A stretch of DNA of 64,000 bases from Felis catus (lineage: Eukaryota). Made by a program: the position numbers and the translations under genes. Below are positions 24,227-37,525 of the stretch, piece by piece (positions within the stretch are counted from its first letter, which is position 1; each line of letters begins with the position of its first letter). The stretch covers positions 76,262,001 through 76,326,000 of the forward strand of contig NC_058368.1 of assembly GCF_018350175.1 (NCBI RefSeq), written 5' to 3'. Under the pieces are notes generated by a model. The model searched no databases. It had not been told where the DNA came from and worked only from the letters and a program-made list of their open reading frames with translations.

Positions 24227-25972
24227 CAAAACTGTAACATACCTAGGAATAAAGCTAACTAAAAAGATCTGTACTCTTAAAACTATAAAACACTGATGAA
24301 AGAAATTGAAGAAGTCACAAAGAAATGGAAAAACATTCCATGCTCATGGACTATAAGAATAAATATTGTTAAAATGTCAATACTGTTCAAAGCAATCTAT
24401 ATATTTAGTGCAGTCTCTATCGGTATGTCACCAGCATTTTTCACAATACTAGGACAAACAATCCTAAAATTTGTATGGAACCACAAAAGACCCCAAATAG
24501 CCAAAGCAATCTTGAAAAAGAAAAGCAAAGCTGGAGACATCAAAATTCTGGACTTCAAGTTATATTACAAAACAGTAGTGATCAAGACAGTATGGTACTG
24601 GGGCGCCTGGGTGGCGCAGTCGGTTAAGCGTCCGACTTCAGCCAGGTCACGATCTCGTGGTCCGTGAGTTCGAGCCCCGCGTCGGGCTCTGGGCTGATGG
24701 CTCAGAGCCTGGAGCCTGTTTCCGATTCTGTGTCTCCCTCTCTCTCTGCCCCTCCCTCGTTCATGCTCTGCCTCTCTCTGTCCCAAAAATAAATAAACGT
24801 TGAAAAAAAAAAAAAAGACAGTATGGTACTGGCACAAAAACAGACACGTAGATCTATAGACCATAATAGAAAACCATAAAACAGAAATGAACCCACAACT
24901 ATGGTCAATTAATCTTCGACAATGCAGGAAAGAATATCCAATGGAAAAAAGACAGCCTCTTCAACAAATGGTATTGGAAAAACTGGACAGCTACATTCAA
25001 AAGAATGAAACTGGACCACTTTCTTACACCACACACACAAATAAATTCAAAGTGAATGAAAGACCTAAATGTGAGACAGGAAACCATTAAAATCCTAGAG
25101 GAGAACACAGGTAAATATTACCCTCTTCGACGTCGGCCACAGCAACCTTTTACCAGATATGTCTCTTGAGGCAAAGGAAACAAAAGCAAAAAATACATTC
25201 TTGGGTCTTCATCAAAATAAAAAGCTGGTCCACAGTGAAGAAAGCAGTCAAAAAAACCTAAAAGGCAACCTTGGCAAAGATATTTACAAATGACCTATTG
25301 ATAAAGGGTTAGTGTCCAGAACTTCTAAATCTCAACGTCCAAAAAACAAATAATCCAGTTTAAAACATGGGCAGAAGACACGAATACACATTTTTCCACA
25401 GAAGAGATACAAACATACACATGAAAAGAGGTTCAACATCATTCATCATCAGGGAAATACAAATCAAAACCCCAATGAGTTATCACCTCACACCCGTTAG
25501 AATGGCTAAAATTAACGTATCAGGAAACAATAGATGTCGGCAAGGAGCAGAGAAAGGGGAACCCTCTCACACTGTTGGTGGCAACGCCAACTGGTGGGGC
25601 CACTGTGGAAAACAGTGTGGAGGTTCCTCAAAAAGTTAAAAATAGATCTACCCTATGACCCAGCAATTGCACTACCAGGTATCTACCTAAAGGATACAAA
25701 AATACTAACGCAATGGGACACGAGCACCCCAATGTTTACAGCAGTACCATCAACAATCGCCAACTTATGGAAAGAGCCCAAATGTCCATGGACTGATGAA
25801 TGGATAAAGAAGATGTGGTATATATCTATAATGGAATACTACTCAGCCATAAAAAAGAATGAACTCTTGCTATTTATGACGTGGATAGATCTAGAGTGTA
25901 TTATGCTAAGCAAAATAAGTCCATCTGACAAAGACAAATACCATATGATTTCATTCATATGTAGAATTTAAG
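24227..25972 (+). mobile_element. Carnivore L1 ORF2 C-terminal half (inverted part), degenerate
   Basis: Peptides [72 protein letters not shown]; frameshifts and stops. Confidence 0.95.
24600..24814 (+). mobile_element. Young SINEC_Fc inserted in L1 ORF2
   Basis: Perfect TSD aagacagtatggtact (24584-24599, 24815-24830). Confidence 0.97.
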
Positions 25973-26197
25973 AGAATTTGTTTTTAGAACAAAAAAGATC
26001 AACTCTCTCAGAAGAGAGTTCTGGGATGATCCTCCAAAGCTGGCAAGAGGTATCTCAGCCAACCCGAGTCTGTTTCTGTAGGTTCATTCTTTGTCTTGAG
26101 TTGTCACATTGAGATGACCTCTGCAACCACCAGGCATCTTGTTCTTATTGTGAATGGCTTTGGCCCTTTAAATATTTTATCTAAAATTGGACAAAGA

Positions 26198-26439
26198 GGG
26201 GCGCCTGGGTGGCTCAGTCGGTTGAGCGTCCGACTTCGCTCAGGTCACGATCTCACGGTCCATGAGTTCGAGCCCCGCATCAGGCTCTGTGCTGACAGCT
26301 CAGAGCCTGGAGCCTGCTTCAGATTCTGTGTCTCCCTCTCTCTCTGGCCCTCCCCCCGTTCATGCTCTGTCTCTCTGTCTCAAAAATAAATAAATGTTAA
26401 AAAAAAATTTTTTTAATAAAAAAATAAAATAAAATAAAA
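26198..26439 (+). mobile_element. Can-SINE
   Basis: Perfect TSD taaaattggacaaaga (26182-26197, 26440-26455). Confidence 0.96.
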
Positions 26440-29400
26440 TAAAATTGGACAAAGAAAAAAATTAAAAATAAATAAATAAAATAGGACCAAGAAATCCCTC
26501 AGGACTGCAAATAAGCTGGCATTTTCAAAACCATCTTTAGTAAATAGCAAAAGCATAGAGAAAGGAAAGGAAAGTTGTGGAAGATTTCTTGAGTATCAGC
26601 TCTGAATCATCACGGGAATCATCCTTCCTTTCCAAAAGGTTCCCTAGATACAACTTCTAGAAGCTTCTGGCCCTTGCACTGCCTGCTGTCTCCACTAGAC
26701 AAGAGCTATCTTTTCTCCTTCCTCAAGTCAACTGCTCTAGCCTCAGGAAATCCCTGAATTAACTTTTGACCATAAGATATGAGCATGATCACGTGAAGAA
26801 TATTAAAGGCCGTGCCAATGCCCTGTGCATCTCTGAAATCTATCTGCATGCATTTTCTAAAAGCCGTATTTAAGGAAGCCAAACATCTGGGGTCCACTGG
26901 GGTGTTGTATTCTTTAGAATCCTTACATATGAAAACAGGTATCTACATGATGCCCTTGCTTTGCTACTGAGGAGATCATGCAGCCCAAGCAATTTGACAT
27001 CTTTTCTGTTTTCCTGCTGTAGAATAGGCAATTAGCACCAACTGATTGGATCCATTATGATAATCCGAATCAGTAAAAATAAGCAGGTTGGCTCTGTTTA
27101 GGCTTTGTATTTAAATGAGAATTAAGTCCTTTATTGCTTTATAATAATACTGGTAATTGCTCAATTACTTTTGTCCAGAAAGGTGTGGGGGCAGATTTAG
27201 ACTCTGACACGGCGCCTGGAGTATCTCACACCAATGTCACTGATTTAACAATAGAAGAAAGAATGTATTTGCATCTACTGCAAAGGCAATTTACTTTAAA
27301 GAATACTCTGCAGAAATAGGTTTTTTTTTTTTTTAAGGAAACTCAAAATGGCTAAAAACAGATTTACAGTCATTAACAAAGGGAATCTCTGTTGGCAAAT
27401 GATGTCACATTTCAACACACAATAGTATATATAGTCAGGTAATCATATGCCATCATGTTTCCTGTTTCATTCACCAGCATTACAGTGAGGATCTGGGAAC
27501 ACTGCATTTCCTTTCATTATTTGCTTTATGTTCTGTGAATTTTCCCTCTTATTGTAGTGTTTGCAGGGAAACAATGGTGTCATGAAAGCACAGCGTATTC
27601 TTTCCTTTTCTCTTGTTCATAACCTTTACACAAAACAATCCCCTTTCAGATTAAATTTCAAGAGTTGGTCTTATTCCAGAGGTAAATTATCCTGGAGAAG
27701 TCGAAGGAAATATAACCAGATGTATTTGATTTTACATGATTTTTTAAACACACCTTGTTGATTTAAAAACAATCTGAAGCAGACAATATTCTGGGACATT
27801 GATAACTTAGAAACGAGTCCATGTATTTTCATCAAATTTTGAGGATTATAATTTAAGTAGTGTCCAGATGAAAAAAAAGTGCTACCAAACCTTGTGATTC
27901 TTAAACTATAAAACACAAGGAGTCACATTGCCCCTATGTAGCCTCTGTTCTTTCAGATTCTATGAAGGAAACTAAAGAGTAAAGTTAGCATTAAGGAGAT
28001 ACAATCGAATTTTCTTTTGTAAACAGTAAATATGTTCATATTTATCATATATTTTAATGGTAATAGTTTTTATGCATCATTAGCTAATTTTAGAAGATAA
28101 AAGAAATGTTAGAAAAACTATGGTAAAATAATACTATAATAAAACTATGATACTACTAAGAATACTAGGATAAAATAAAAGTCTGATAAATGTAAAAAAA
28201 ATCTAAATAGTCATGGCAGTAAGCAGTAACATTATTCAAAGGAATATGTTTTTCTATAGTGAATTTAGAAAAGCAAAAATTGAAACTTTTTTCCCATAAA
28301 CTCTGTTTTCCTGCATACTCCTCTATATTAAAAAAAAACCTGCTTAAAAGGAAATGTGAGTGGGAAATCCATATTCTGAATTCCTATTTTTATATAGTAT
28401 ATGTCTGAGACTAGTTGGTTCATTGACGAGACAGTGGATAGCCTGTTCTTAGAATAAAGATAGGTTCTACCTTTTGTAAATGAAGCTGCTTATCTGGAAA
28501 AATTGCTGATTTTTTTAAATTGCTAATTTTATATTTCTCCTCCTATTATGGTGTTTTCAGGAAAATACAAAGGTATCCTCAAAGCACATCATGCCACACT
28601 GCTGTTTTCATTTATTCCTAACTCTTCCACAAAAAGATCTCCTTCACATTAACTTTCTAGGCTTGGTTTCAATCCAAAGCTGAATTATTCCAGAGAAGCA
28701 ACATTCTTTCCAAACCCAATTGCTCACTATAGCAGGTGGATAAGGATGAAAAAGTTTCAGTGCCTGATATAAATCCTCCAACGAGCCTCTTGGATTGGAC
28801 ATAAGCCTCAGTGAGTTAAGGGCTGAGAGCCAACAACTCCAGGGACCATTTTCAGGAGAGAGTGGGGTCTCAGAGACCAAATAGTTCCTTTGCAAAAAAA
28901 TGAAGTATGCAAGGAATTGATGAGAAGACCCATCACCTCATTTCTCTGTAAAACCCAGAACTTGCATTAATGGACTCTGACCAGTTGGAACAGGTTACAT
29001 TATGCTGTGGTAACAACTGCAAACAACTCCCAGCCCCCAATAACCCCAAAAGGTTTTTGTTGTTGTTACTTGTTTGTTTGATTGATTGTTGGTCTGCCTT
29101 TTCTCTCCTCACCTCTCTCTTGTGGTTCACCTGGGGCCCTGGCTTCCCTTCATCTTCCTTTCAGGACCAAGGTTGGCAGAGTGGCTTCTATCAACACTAC
29201 TGTCTCTCTTGAGAAGAAGACAGAGAAAGTAATTCATGACAATTAAAGCTTCTGCCATATTTGTGCGTGTATTCCATTCACCAAAGCAAGTCAACAGGGC
29301 CAAGCTTTATGTCAATGGAGCAAAGAAGTATATCCCTCATGTCCCTGATGAATGTTGTTTTTTTTTTTCCTTAAGCAACAAAGTCTGCTACATGGATATC

Positions 29401-29539
29401 ACTGAGATAGACAATGATGAGAATTTTTCCAGTGGTACCAAAGAGAACAGAGTACCGCTCTTTGACCTGGAATCCCTACCCTGAAGTTTCGAGACACCCC
29501 AATCTGGCCTCCCTTCTGATGAGGCAAAGAGCCAATTGA

Positions 29540-31480
29540 AAACAAAAGGGAAAATTAACAAATCTGAATATTGGTTTAATAAAAATGTTTTAAAAACTAA
29601 GACACTATTAGCAAGATTGATGAAGAACAAAGAGAGAAACTTTAACAACAATATCAGGAACGGAAAATTATGCCAGATCCTGCCTATGTTGCAAGGATAA
29701 TATGGGAATATTATGACTCACTTCACTCCATCAAATGTGACAATTTAGGCAGAAATGACAGATTTTTTGAAGGACAAAAGTGGTCACAATTAACAAATAA
29801 GAAAAAAACAGAAAATCTAAATAAATGGAGAAATATACTATTGTCATGGGTCGAACACTCAGTATTAATAAATGTTGATTCTCGGCAAATAGATCCATAA
29901 AGTCAATACAATTTCAATCAAAATGCCAATGGCTTTTTTTAAAAGAAAAGAGCAAGTTTATTATAATATAAAGGAAAAGAAAGAGATCTATATCAGCCCA
30001 GACCTTGACAAAGGAGAACAAAGTTGGAAGACTCACAGGAAAGTTAATTTAAGACTGAACCATAAGGCTACAGTCATCAAAAGAGTCCTTTTGCATAGAT
30101 GGAGAGATGGGTCAATGGAACAGAAGAGACGCAGAGCAGAACATCTATGAAAATAGCTTCGATTCATTTTCAACAAAGGCACCAAGGATATTCAACAGGG
30201 AAAAAGTATTTCCCTAGAACTGGATAAATGTGTACTAATAAATAGACCTCAGCCCCTACCTAACATCTATGCAAAAATAACTTGAACTAGATCACTGAAT
30301 TAAGTGTAAAAACTAAGTGTATGAAGCTTCAAGAAGAAAATAGTAAAATATGTTTATCTTTTGGGGGGTAAGCAATATTTTCTTAAAGAAGAGATACAAA
30401 ACATATTTTAAATGTTTTTATGTCTAATGTTTATGTTGTCATGTTTATGTAATGTTTTATGTTTAACTGTTGTGTTTTTAAACACAACAGAAAAACCGTA
30501 ATACATTAGACCTCGTCAAAGTAAAGGAAACATCTGTTTATCAACAGAAGACTTTAGGAAAGTGGAAAAGCAAGCCATAGAGAAACAGAACATAACTTTA
30601 AGGTATCTGTATAGATACCTGACATAGAATTTGCATCCAAAATATAAAAAAGAACTACAAGTCAATAGCAAAAAGACAGATAACAATTAAAAAAAGAAAA
30701 AGGCAAAAGACTTGAATAGTTACTTTGAGAAAGAAGATATATGTCCAAACAGCACATAAAGTGCTCAACATCATTAGTCATCAGGAAATTCACATTAAAT
30801 CCACAATGAGATACCATTTCTCACTTACTAGAATGGCTAAAATTAAATAGGAAAACACATAAACACATTAAAGTTGTGAGGTTATGGAGCAAGGGGGACT
30901 CTGACACATTTCCACATGGGAGTGTAAAATACGACAACAACTTCAGAAGATGTTGGCTGTTCCTTATAAAACTAAAGCTGCACCTACACTCTGCCTCAGC
31001 AAGTCCTCTTTTCACACTTATCCAAGAGAAATAAAACTATGTGATCTAAAAGATATGTACAAGTATGTCTATGTCCTCTCCATTCATAATAGCAAGCACT
31101 ACAACTAAAGCCAATCAGCATGAGATGAGTAAGCAAAATGTGGTATGTTCATGCAATGGAAAACTTGTCAACAATAAAAAGACATTGAGTGGTGATTTAT
31201 ATACCACATGGATGAAGCTCAAAAACATTAGGTTGAATGACAAAAAGGCCAGACACATAAAATTTCATACATTGTGAATCCATGTATTTAATGGATATAA
31301 AAGTAAGCAAAACTAAAATACAGTGGTAGAAATCAGAATAGTTCTTGCCTATCAGTGGTACGTTTGTTCCAGAAGAAAACACTAGGGAACTTTGGAAGGT
31401 GATGATACATCTTGATTGAGATGGTGGTTGACTCAAGTGTGCACATTTATCAAAGTTCACTGAACTGTATCTCAAAGAAT
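29540..31480 (+). mobile_element. Old L1M fragments (ORF2 pieces and 3' UTR)
   Basis: LNKWRNILLSW, KATVIKRV, gtgctcaacatcattagtcatcaggaaat, catggatgaagctcaaaaacatta, atttatcaaagttcactgaactgta. Confidence 0.8.
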
Positions 31481-31925
31481 ACACACATATCTTCTCAAGT
31501 GCACATGGAACATTCCGTGTGAGGATAGACCACATGCTGGGCCATATAAAAACCTCAAAACATTTCAAAGGATTGAAATCATACCAAGCGCATTCTCTGG
31601 CTGCAACGGAATGAAATTAGCCATCAGTAATGAAAGAATTTTGGAAAATTCTCAAAATGTAGAAATCAAACAATACACTCCTACATAATCAATCGGTCAA
31701 AGTGGAAATCACAAGCACAATTAGAAGATACTTTGAGATAAATGAACAGGAAGACCCAACCTATCACAATTTTTAGGATACACTGAAGCAATATTTAGAT
31801 AAAATCAGATAGTTGTAACGTCCATATTAAACATAAACGAGATCTCAAAACAATGACATAAACTTGACCCTGAAAAAAGGAAGAGTGCAAATAAATCTAA
31901 ACTGATCAGAAGGAAGGAAATAATA

Positions 31926-32117
31926 GGGGAGTCTGGGTGGCTCAGTCAGTTAAATGTCCAAGTCTTGATCTTGGCTCAGGTCATGAGCTCATGGTTTGTG
32001 GGATTGAGTCTCGCACTGGGGCTCTGCGCTGAGTGTGGAACCTGCGTGAGATTCTCTCTCTCCCTCTGTCTCTGCCCCTGCCCGCCTCAAAAAATAAATA
32101 AGTAAACAAACATTAAA
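31926..32117 (+). mobile_element. Older Can-SINE in L1
   Basis: TSD agaaggaaggaaataa. Confidence 0.9.
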
Positions 32118-32574
32118 AAAGAAGGAAGGAAATAAAAAAGGTAGAGTAGAAATTAACGAACAAGAGAATAGAAAATGATAAGTAAAAGAAAACAAAGTTG
32201 CTTTTTAAGAAAATCAACATATTTGACAAACCTTTAACTAGAATGAGGAAGAGAAAGAAAGAGAAGGACCAAACTCAAAGTACTAAAATCAGGAATGAAA
32301 GAGAATCATGGCCACGTGGAATTTATCTCAGGAATATAAGGTTGTTCTAACATGTGAAAATCAATTAACCCCGCACTCCTTATCCATAGAATAATGAACA
32401 AAAACCACAGGATCATCTCACTAGAGGCAGAAAAAGCAGTTGACAAAATCCAATGCCCATTAATAATAAAAACACAACAATCTAGGAACAGAATGCAACT
32501 TTCTCCACCAGGTAGAGTGTCTGTGAACAACTTGCAGTTAACATCTCACTTAATGGTGAAAGACGAGATGCTTT

Positions 32575-32808
32575 CTTTTTTTAATTTTTTTAATTAAAAC
32601 AATTATTTTTTTGCATTTATTTATTTTTGAGAGAGACAGATCGTGAGCAGGGGAGGGGCAGAGAGAGAGGGAGACACAGAATCCGAAACAGGCTCCAGGC
32701 TCCGACCTGTCAGCACAGAGCCCGATGGGGGGCTCGAACCCAGGAATCCTGAGATCATAACCTGAGCCGAAGTCGGACACGTAACCAACGGAGCCACCCA
32801 GGCACCCC
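32575..32808 (-). mobile_element. Can-SINE in L1
   Basis: TSD aaga(c/t)gagat(g/a)ctttct. Confidence 0.93.
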
Positions 32809-33144
32809 AAGATGAGATACTTTCTACCTGCAATCAGAAACAAGGCAAGATGTCTGCCTTCATGACTACTATTCAGCACCATGCTAAAAACTCTAGCCTG
32901 GGAAATTAGGCAAGAAAATCAAACAAAAGCATCCAGCTTGGAAAGGAAGAAGCAAAACCATCTCTATCTGCAGATGACATGATCTTGAATACAGGAAATC
33001 TTAAGGAATTTAAAAAAAACTATTAGAACTAATAAGAAAAACTTCAGCAAGGCTGCACGGTATGTGATCCATATACAACAATCAATTGTATTCTTGTGCA
33101 CTGGCAATAAGCAACTTGAATATGAAATTAAGAAAACAATTCCA

Positions 33145-33360
33145 GGGGCGCCTGGGTGGCGCAGTCGGTTAAGCGTCCGACTTCAGCCAGGTCACGATCT
33201 CGCGGTCCGTGAGTTCGAGCCCCGCGTCAGGCTCTGGGCTGATGGCTCGGAGCCTGGAGCCTGTTTCCGATTCTGTGTCTCCCTCTCTCTCTGCCCCTCC
33301 CCCATTCATGCTCTGTCTCTCTCTGTCCCAAAAATAAATAAAAACGTTAAAAAAAAAAAA
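33145..33360 (+). mobile_element. Young SINEC_Fc in L1
   Basis: Perfect TSD aagaaaacaattcca (33130-33144, 33361-33375). Confidence 0.97.
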
Positions 33361-34426
33361 AAGAAAACAATTCCATTTGTAATAGCATCAAGAAGAACAA
33401 AATCTGTAAAAAAAAAAAAGTTGATAAAAGAAGTGTCAAGTTTATACTCTGAAAATTACAAAACATTGTTGAAAGACATGAAAGACTTAAATAAGCAGAA
33501 AGAAATCTGTGTTCACTGATCAGAAGTCTTACTATTCTTGAGAGTTCAATAGTTCCCAAATTGACCTACAAATTTAGCACAGTCATTATCAAAATCCTAG
33601 CTCTATCTCTTTTTTTTTTTTTTTACAGAAATTGATAAGCTGCTCCTACAGTTAATATGAAAATGCAGGAACCCCGGAAGAGTCACAACAATCTTGAAAA
33701 AGAGCAAGGTTGGAAGAGTCACAACATCCCAATTTTAAAACTTATTACAAACCTACCGTTCATCAAGACACTGTGGTACAGGCATAAGGATAGACTCACA
33801 TATTTCAATGGAATGAAATTAAAAAATCCAGAAGTGAAACATTACATCGACAGTCAACTGATTTTCGACAAGGGTGCCAAGAAAATTCGATGGAAAAGAA
33901 CAGTCTTTTCCACAAATAACCCAGGGACAACTGGCTAGTTTCATGCAAAAGAATGATTCCATACCCCTTTCTCACAGAATACACAAAAAGTGAACTCAAA
34001 ATAGATCATGGACAGAGATGTAAGAACTATAAAGTAGAAGAAAATACACGAGTAAATCCTAGGTAAATCTTAAAGAGGACGCCAAAAGCACAAGTAACAA
34101 AAGAAAACAGAGATAAATTAAGTTCATCAAAATTAAAACCTCTTTGGTTCAAAGAACACCATCCAGAAAGTGAAAAGACAACCTGCAGATTGAGAGACGT
34201 GATTTGCAAATTGTGTATCCGACAAGGAACTTGTATCTTGAATATATAACTTTCAACTAATAACAGACAAGTAACCCATTTTAAAAAGTGGGCCACAAAC
34301 CCTGAATCGGCATGTCTCCAGAGAAGATATACACATGACTGGTAAATACATGAAAATATGCTCAATATTGGTAATTTGGGAAATGCAAATCAAAACTACT
34401 CTACGATACCACTTCCTGCCTACTAC

Positions 34427-34695
34427 TGTTGGTTAACAAATTGGTCCCCTTAAAGGACCACAGAACAAGGAGAGACCAAAGAAAAAGTCAGGCCACTCTA
34501 GATTAGTAGGTGGCAGGTTTGACAAGTGGGCTTATCTTGGGCACCAGCAAAGTAAGCAGATGTCTGCACCCACCTGCCAGAATCTTCCAAGTTTATATAG
34601 ACACCTTAATGGGTTTCAATCATGTATTCAGTAGAGACAGTCTCAACACCACTTTATTCTGCCAAAGCTGCATCTCTGAAACAGCTCCTACCGTA
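34427..34695 (-). mobile_element. Probable LTR fragment interrupting L1
   Basis: Abrupt switch from L1 to tgttgg...; reverse TATATAAA at ~34592-34599; family not recognised. Confidence 0.45.
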
Positions 34696-34858
34696 GGGAG
34701 GAGGGAAATGGAGAAAAGTTGCTTATGTGAATAGGAATAAAAATGTCTGAAACTGATTGTGGTCCTGGTGGCATACTCTTAGTAAATATAAAGACATTGA
34801 ATTGTACCCTTAAAATGGATAGATTGTATGGACTGTGGATTATAGCTCAATAAGGGTA
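34696..34858 (+). mobile_element. L1MB-like 3' end
   Basis: aaaatgtctgaaactgattgtggt...cattgaattgtacccttaaaatgg...attatagctcaataa. Confidence 0.75.
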
Positions 34859-34864
34859 TTTTTT

Positions 34865-35063
34865 TCAGTTTATTTATTTATTTTGAGAGGGAAAGCACAT
34901 GCACAAGGAGGGGAGGGGCAGAGAGAGAGGTAGAGAAAGAATCCCAAGCAGGCTCCACACTCTCAGTGCAGAGCCCAATGTGGGGCTCAAACTCACAAAC
35001 TGTGAGACCACAACCTGAGCTGAAATCAATAGTTGGAAACTTAACTGACTTAGCCACCTAGGG
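34865..35063 (-). mobile_element. Older Can-SINE
   Basis: Reverse body gagagaggtagagaaagaatcccaagcaggctcc...gccacctagg. Confidence 0.88.
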
Positions 35064-35074
35064 CTATTTAGTTT

Positions 35075-35082
35075 CACACACA

Positions 35083-35124
<42 letters not shown>
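35075..35124 (+). repeat. (CA)n microsatellite
   Basis: Read directly. Confidence 0.97.
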
Positions 35125-35127
<3 letters not shown>

Positions 35128-35244
35128 CTCATCCAAACTCTATTAAGGTGACGTTTCTCAAATGATAATCAACATTTTCTCAGAGTGGAGCCTTCTCTAG
35201 GTGTGAGTTCCTCCTGGTGTCACCATCGAGCGTAGAACAATGGC

Positions 35245-35420
35245 GGAGTAATGAGCACCAGTGTCCGGAGCTTGGTTGGCAGTTGTGCTGGGCTATCTAG
35301 ACATCTGTCTACTTTGGCAAGTCCTTTAACATCTCTGGCGTTCGAGGATCTCACCTGTAATGTAGGGTGTCTGGGCCTGAACGCCTCCATGGTTCCCTCT
35401 AGCCCCCAAATTCTATGCAT
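35245..35420 (+). mobile_element. MIR fragment
   Basis: actttggcaagtcctttaacatctctg...ctcacctgtaa...ggttccctctagc...aattctatg. Confidence 0.6.
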
Positions 35421-37011
35421 TTTCCAGTGAACAATTGGACGTGCACTTTCATCAACAGAATGCTACCTTCCTATTCAGCATGTCTCTTAGAGTTTTCCCC
35501 ATTTACTACTAAACTATTTGAAGCCTTTTTCCTAAACAGATATAGGTGTAATCTTGCTTCTAAATCAGGGCAAACTCGTCGACTACTGGCATGCTCCTTG
35601 CAATTGTGTGATACCCGCCATTTTTCTTGGAATGGAAAGTCTAGTTAGAAGAAAAACACCGAGGAGATGAATAGTCTGGAGGGCTTCATTTTACAGCCAC
35701 AGAGGTGTTAATTTTGGAGTTAGCTATATGTTTGAGAAATCAGTCCCCATGCTCACGATATTTGCTCAGATTTTAGAGCATCTGAATACCAGTTGGCCGG
35801 TAACGCAGATATTTGTTATTCACACTCTTCTTGACACGTAATACATTTCCAAACATAAAATAGCAACTTCCAACCATGCAGAATAAAGTGGTTTCTGTGC
35901 ATTACTAAGAAATTGAATACTGTGTCGGCAGAGTAGAGAATGGACTTCAGATAGAGGATATGTTAAATTGTGCGTAGTTGTCCATAATCTTGAGTCTGAG
36001 GCAGGGAAGGGGGCAAACTGTTTAAAGTCTTCGCAGTCTGGCAAAGGTCAGTGGCTCCATAAAGTGGGAGAAGATGTACTTCAAACAGTTTATTACTAAT
36101 AGTTGAGTCTATTATTATGTAAGTTATTGATGCTTATGGTGGAAAGCCTGGAAATTGAATTCCTGAATTGAGTTTCACATACAACCACAAAAACTCACAT
36201 CAGACATTCTTGCATATTAGTTTAAAGTGTCTTTTAGAATTATGTCTATCCTGCTTTCATTTCTTTTATTTTGCAATTACTGCATAACAACAAGAATAGC
36301 TCGTGTTTTCCTTAAGCATCTCTCTTTGCCCGGATACAAGTTCCACAGTGACTATGTTTGCTTTATCTGCAAAGCACGTATCACTTCTGAAACTCAGTTC
36401 CTTTCTCAAACGTCTGAGTCTGTGACCTGCAAGGGAGAGGTCAGGCTGCTATAAACCCTTAGAGGAAGAAGTACTCTGAAGTTCTAGCAGAGGCGATAAT
36501 AATGAAGTCCTTAGTTGGGAATGGGGTCTCCTTAGGGAGCGTGGGGCACTTGAAGACATAACTCTATAGGTTCTTTCTCCCTCATTCCCTACTCTGATTA
36601 TACACAAATAAAGCCAAGTTACAACATACGCTCACCGAGGGCTTGAGTGAGGGAAATATTATAAAATGAAGTCTATCAAGGTAAGAAAAAGAGAGAGTTG
36701 GGCCCACAATTTTCTTTAGATGATGTGTATGAGCTGATTGTCTGTATAAGAACTAGAGGTTAATTTATTCTCATTAAATGACTACCCAGGACCATTTCAT
36801 TAGGGATAAGAAGGATGTTGCTGAATGCACGGCTCCCAACAGTCATTTCAGCCTTCCATGACTGATAGGAAACTTTGCTTACATTCATTAATTTCACTTC
36901 TAAAAAACAGAGAAATGGATGATTGCCACTTATTATCCCATGGGTCACATTCCTATAAATTACTTGAAAATCTGCCCCAAACTAGTAATTGTTCAAAAGA
37001 AGTACTAGGTT

Positions 37012-37217
37012 GGGGTGCCTGGATGGCTCAGTCAGTTAAGCCAACTTTGGCTCAGGTCATGATCTTGTGGTTCTTGAGTTCAAGACCCATGTTCAAGACC
37101 CAGCACAGAACCTGGAGCCTGCTTTAGATTCCGTGTCTCCCTCTCTCTCTGCCCCTCCCCCACTCATTCTCTCTCCCTCTCCCTCTCTCAAAAATAAACA
37201 TTAAAAATTTTTAAAAA
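37012..37217 (+). mobile_element. Can-SINE with internal rearrangement
   Basis: Head ggggtgcctggatggctcagtc; gttcaagaccca is duplicated. Confidence 0.9.
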
Positions 37218-37327
37218 ACAGATACTGGGTTGATCATATCACCCTTTCTTAGGTATACATAGACTTTTTCATAAAAAAAATAAAAGAATCAATACGGCCA
37301 CAATTCATTTCTTCATTCATTCAAGGT

Positions 37328-37525
37328 TTTTTTTAAAAAAAGTGTTTATTTATTTTGAAAGAGAGAGAGAGAATGAGTGAGGGGGGGAGAGGGAGAGAGA
37401 GAATCCCAAGCAATCTCAATCTCAGGGCAGAGCCCAATGAGGAGCTTGATCCCACCAATCATGAGATCATGACCCGAGCCCAAATCAAATCAGATTCTTA
37501 ACCAACCCAACCACCCAGGTACCCC
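37328..37525 (-). mobile_element. Older Can-SINE
   Basis: Reverse head ccacccaggtacccc. Confidence 0.88.

Larger units (their letters stand above)
31481..34426 (+). mobile_element. Second L1M(B-like) ORF2 block with internal deletions and three SINE insertions
   Basis: tcaagtgcacatggaacatt (EN end), NKNHRIISLEAEKAVDKIQCP, tctgcagatgacatgatc (FADDM-like), KTLWYRHKDR. Confidence 0.88.

Noticed and set aside
24296..25971. L1 ORF2-like ORFs (also 29670-34365)
   Set aside because: Fragmented by stops, frameshifts and SINEs; dead retrotransposon pieces.
33678..33726. ggaagagtcacaaca occurring twice in L1
   Set aside because: Short repeat inside a decayed L1, most simply local slippage or conversion.
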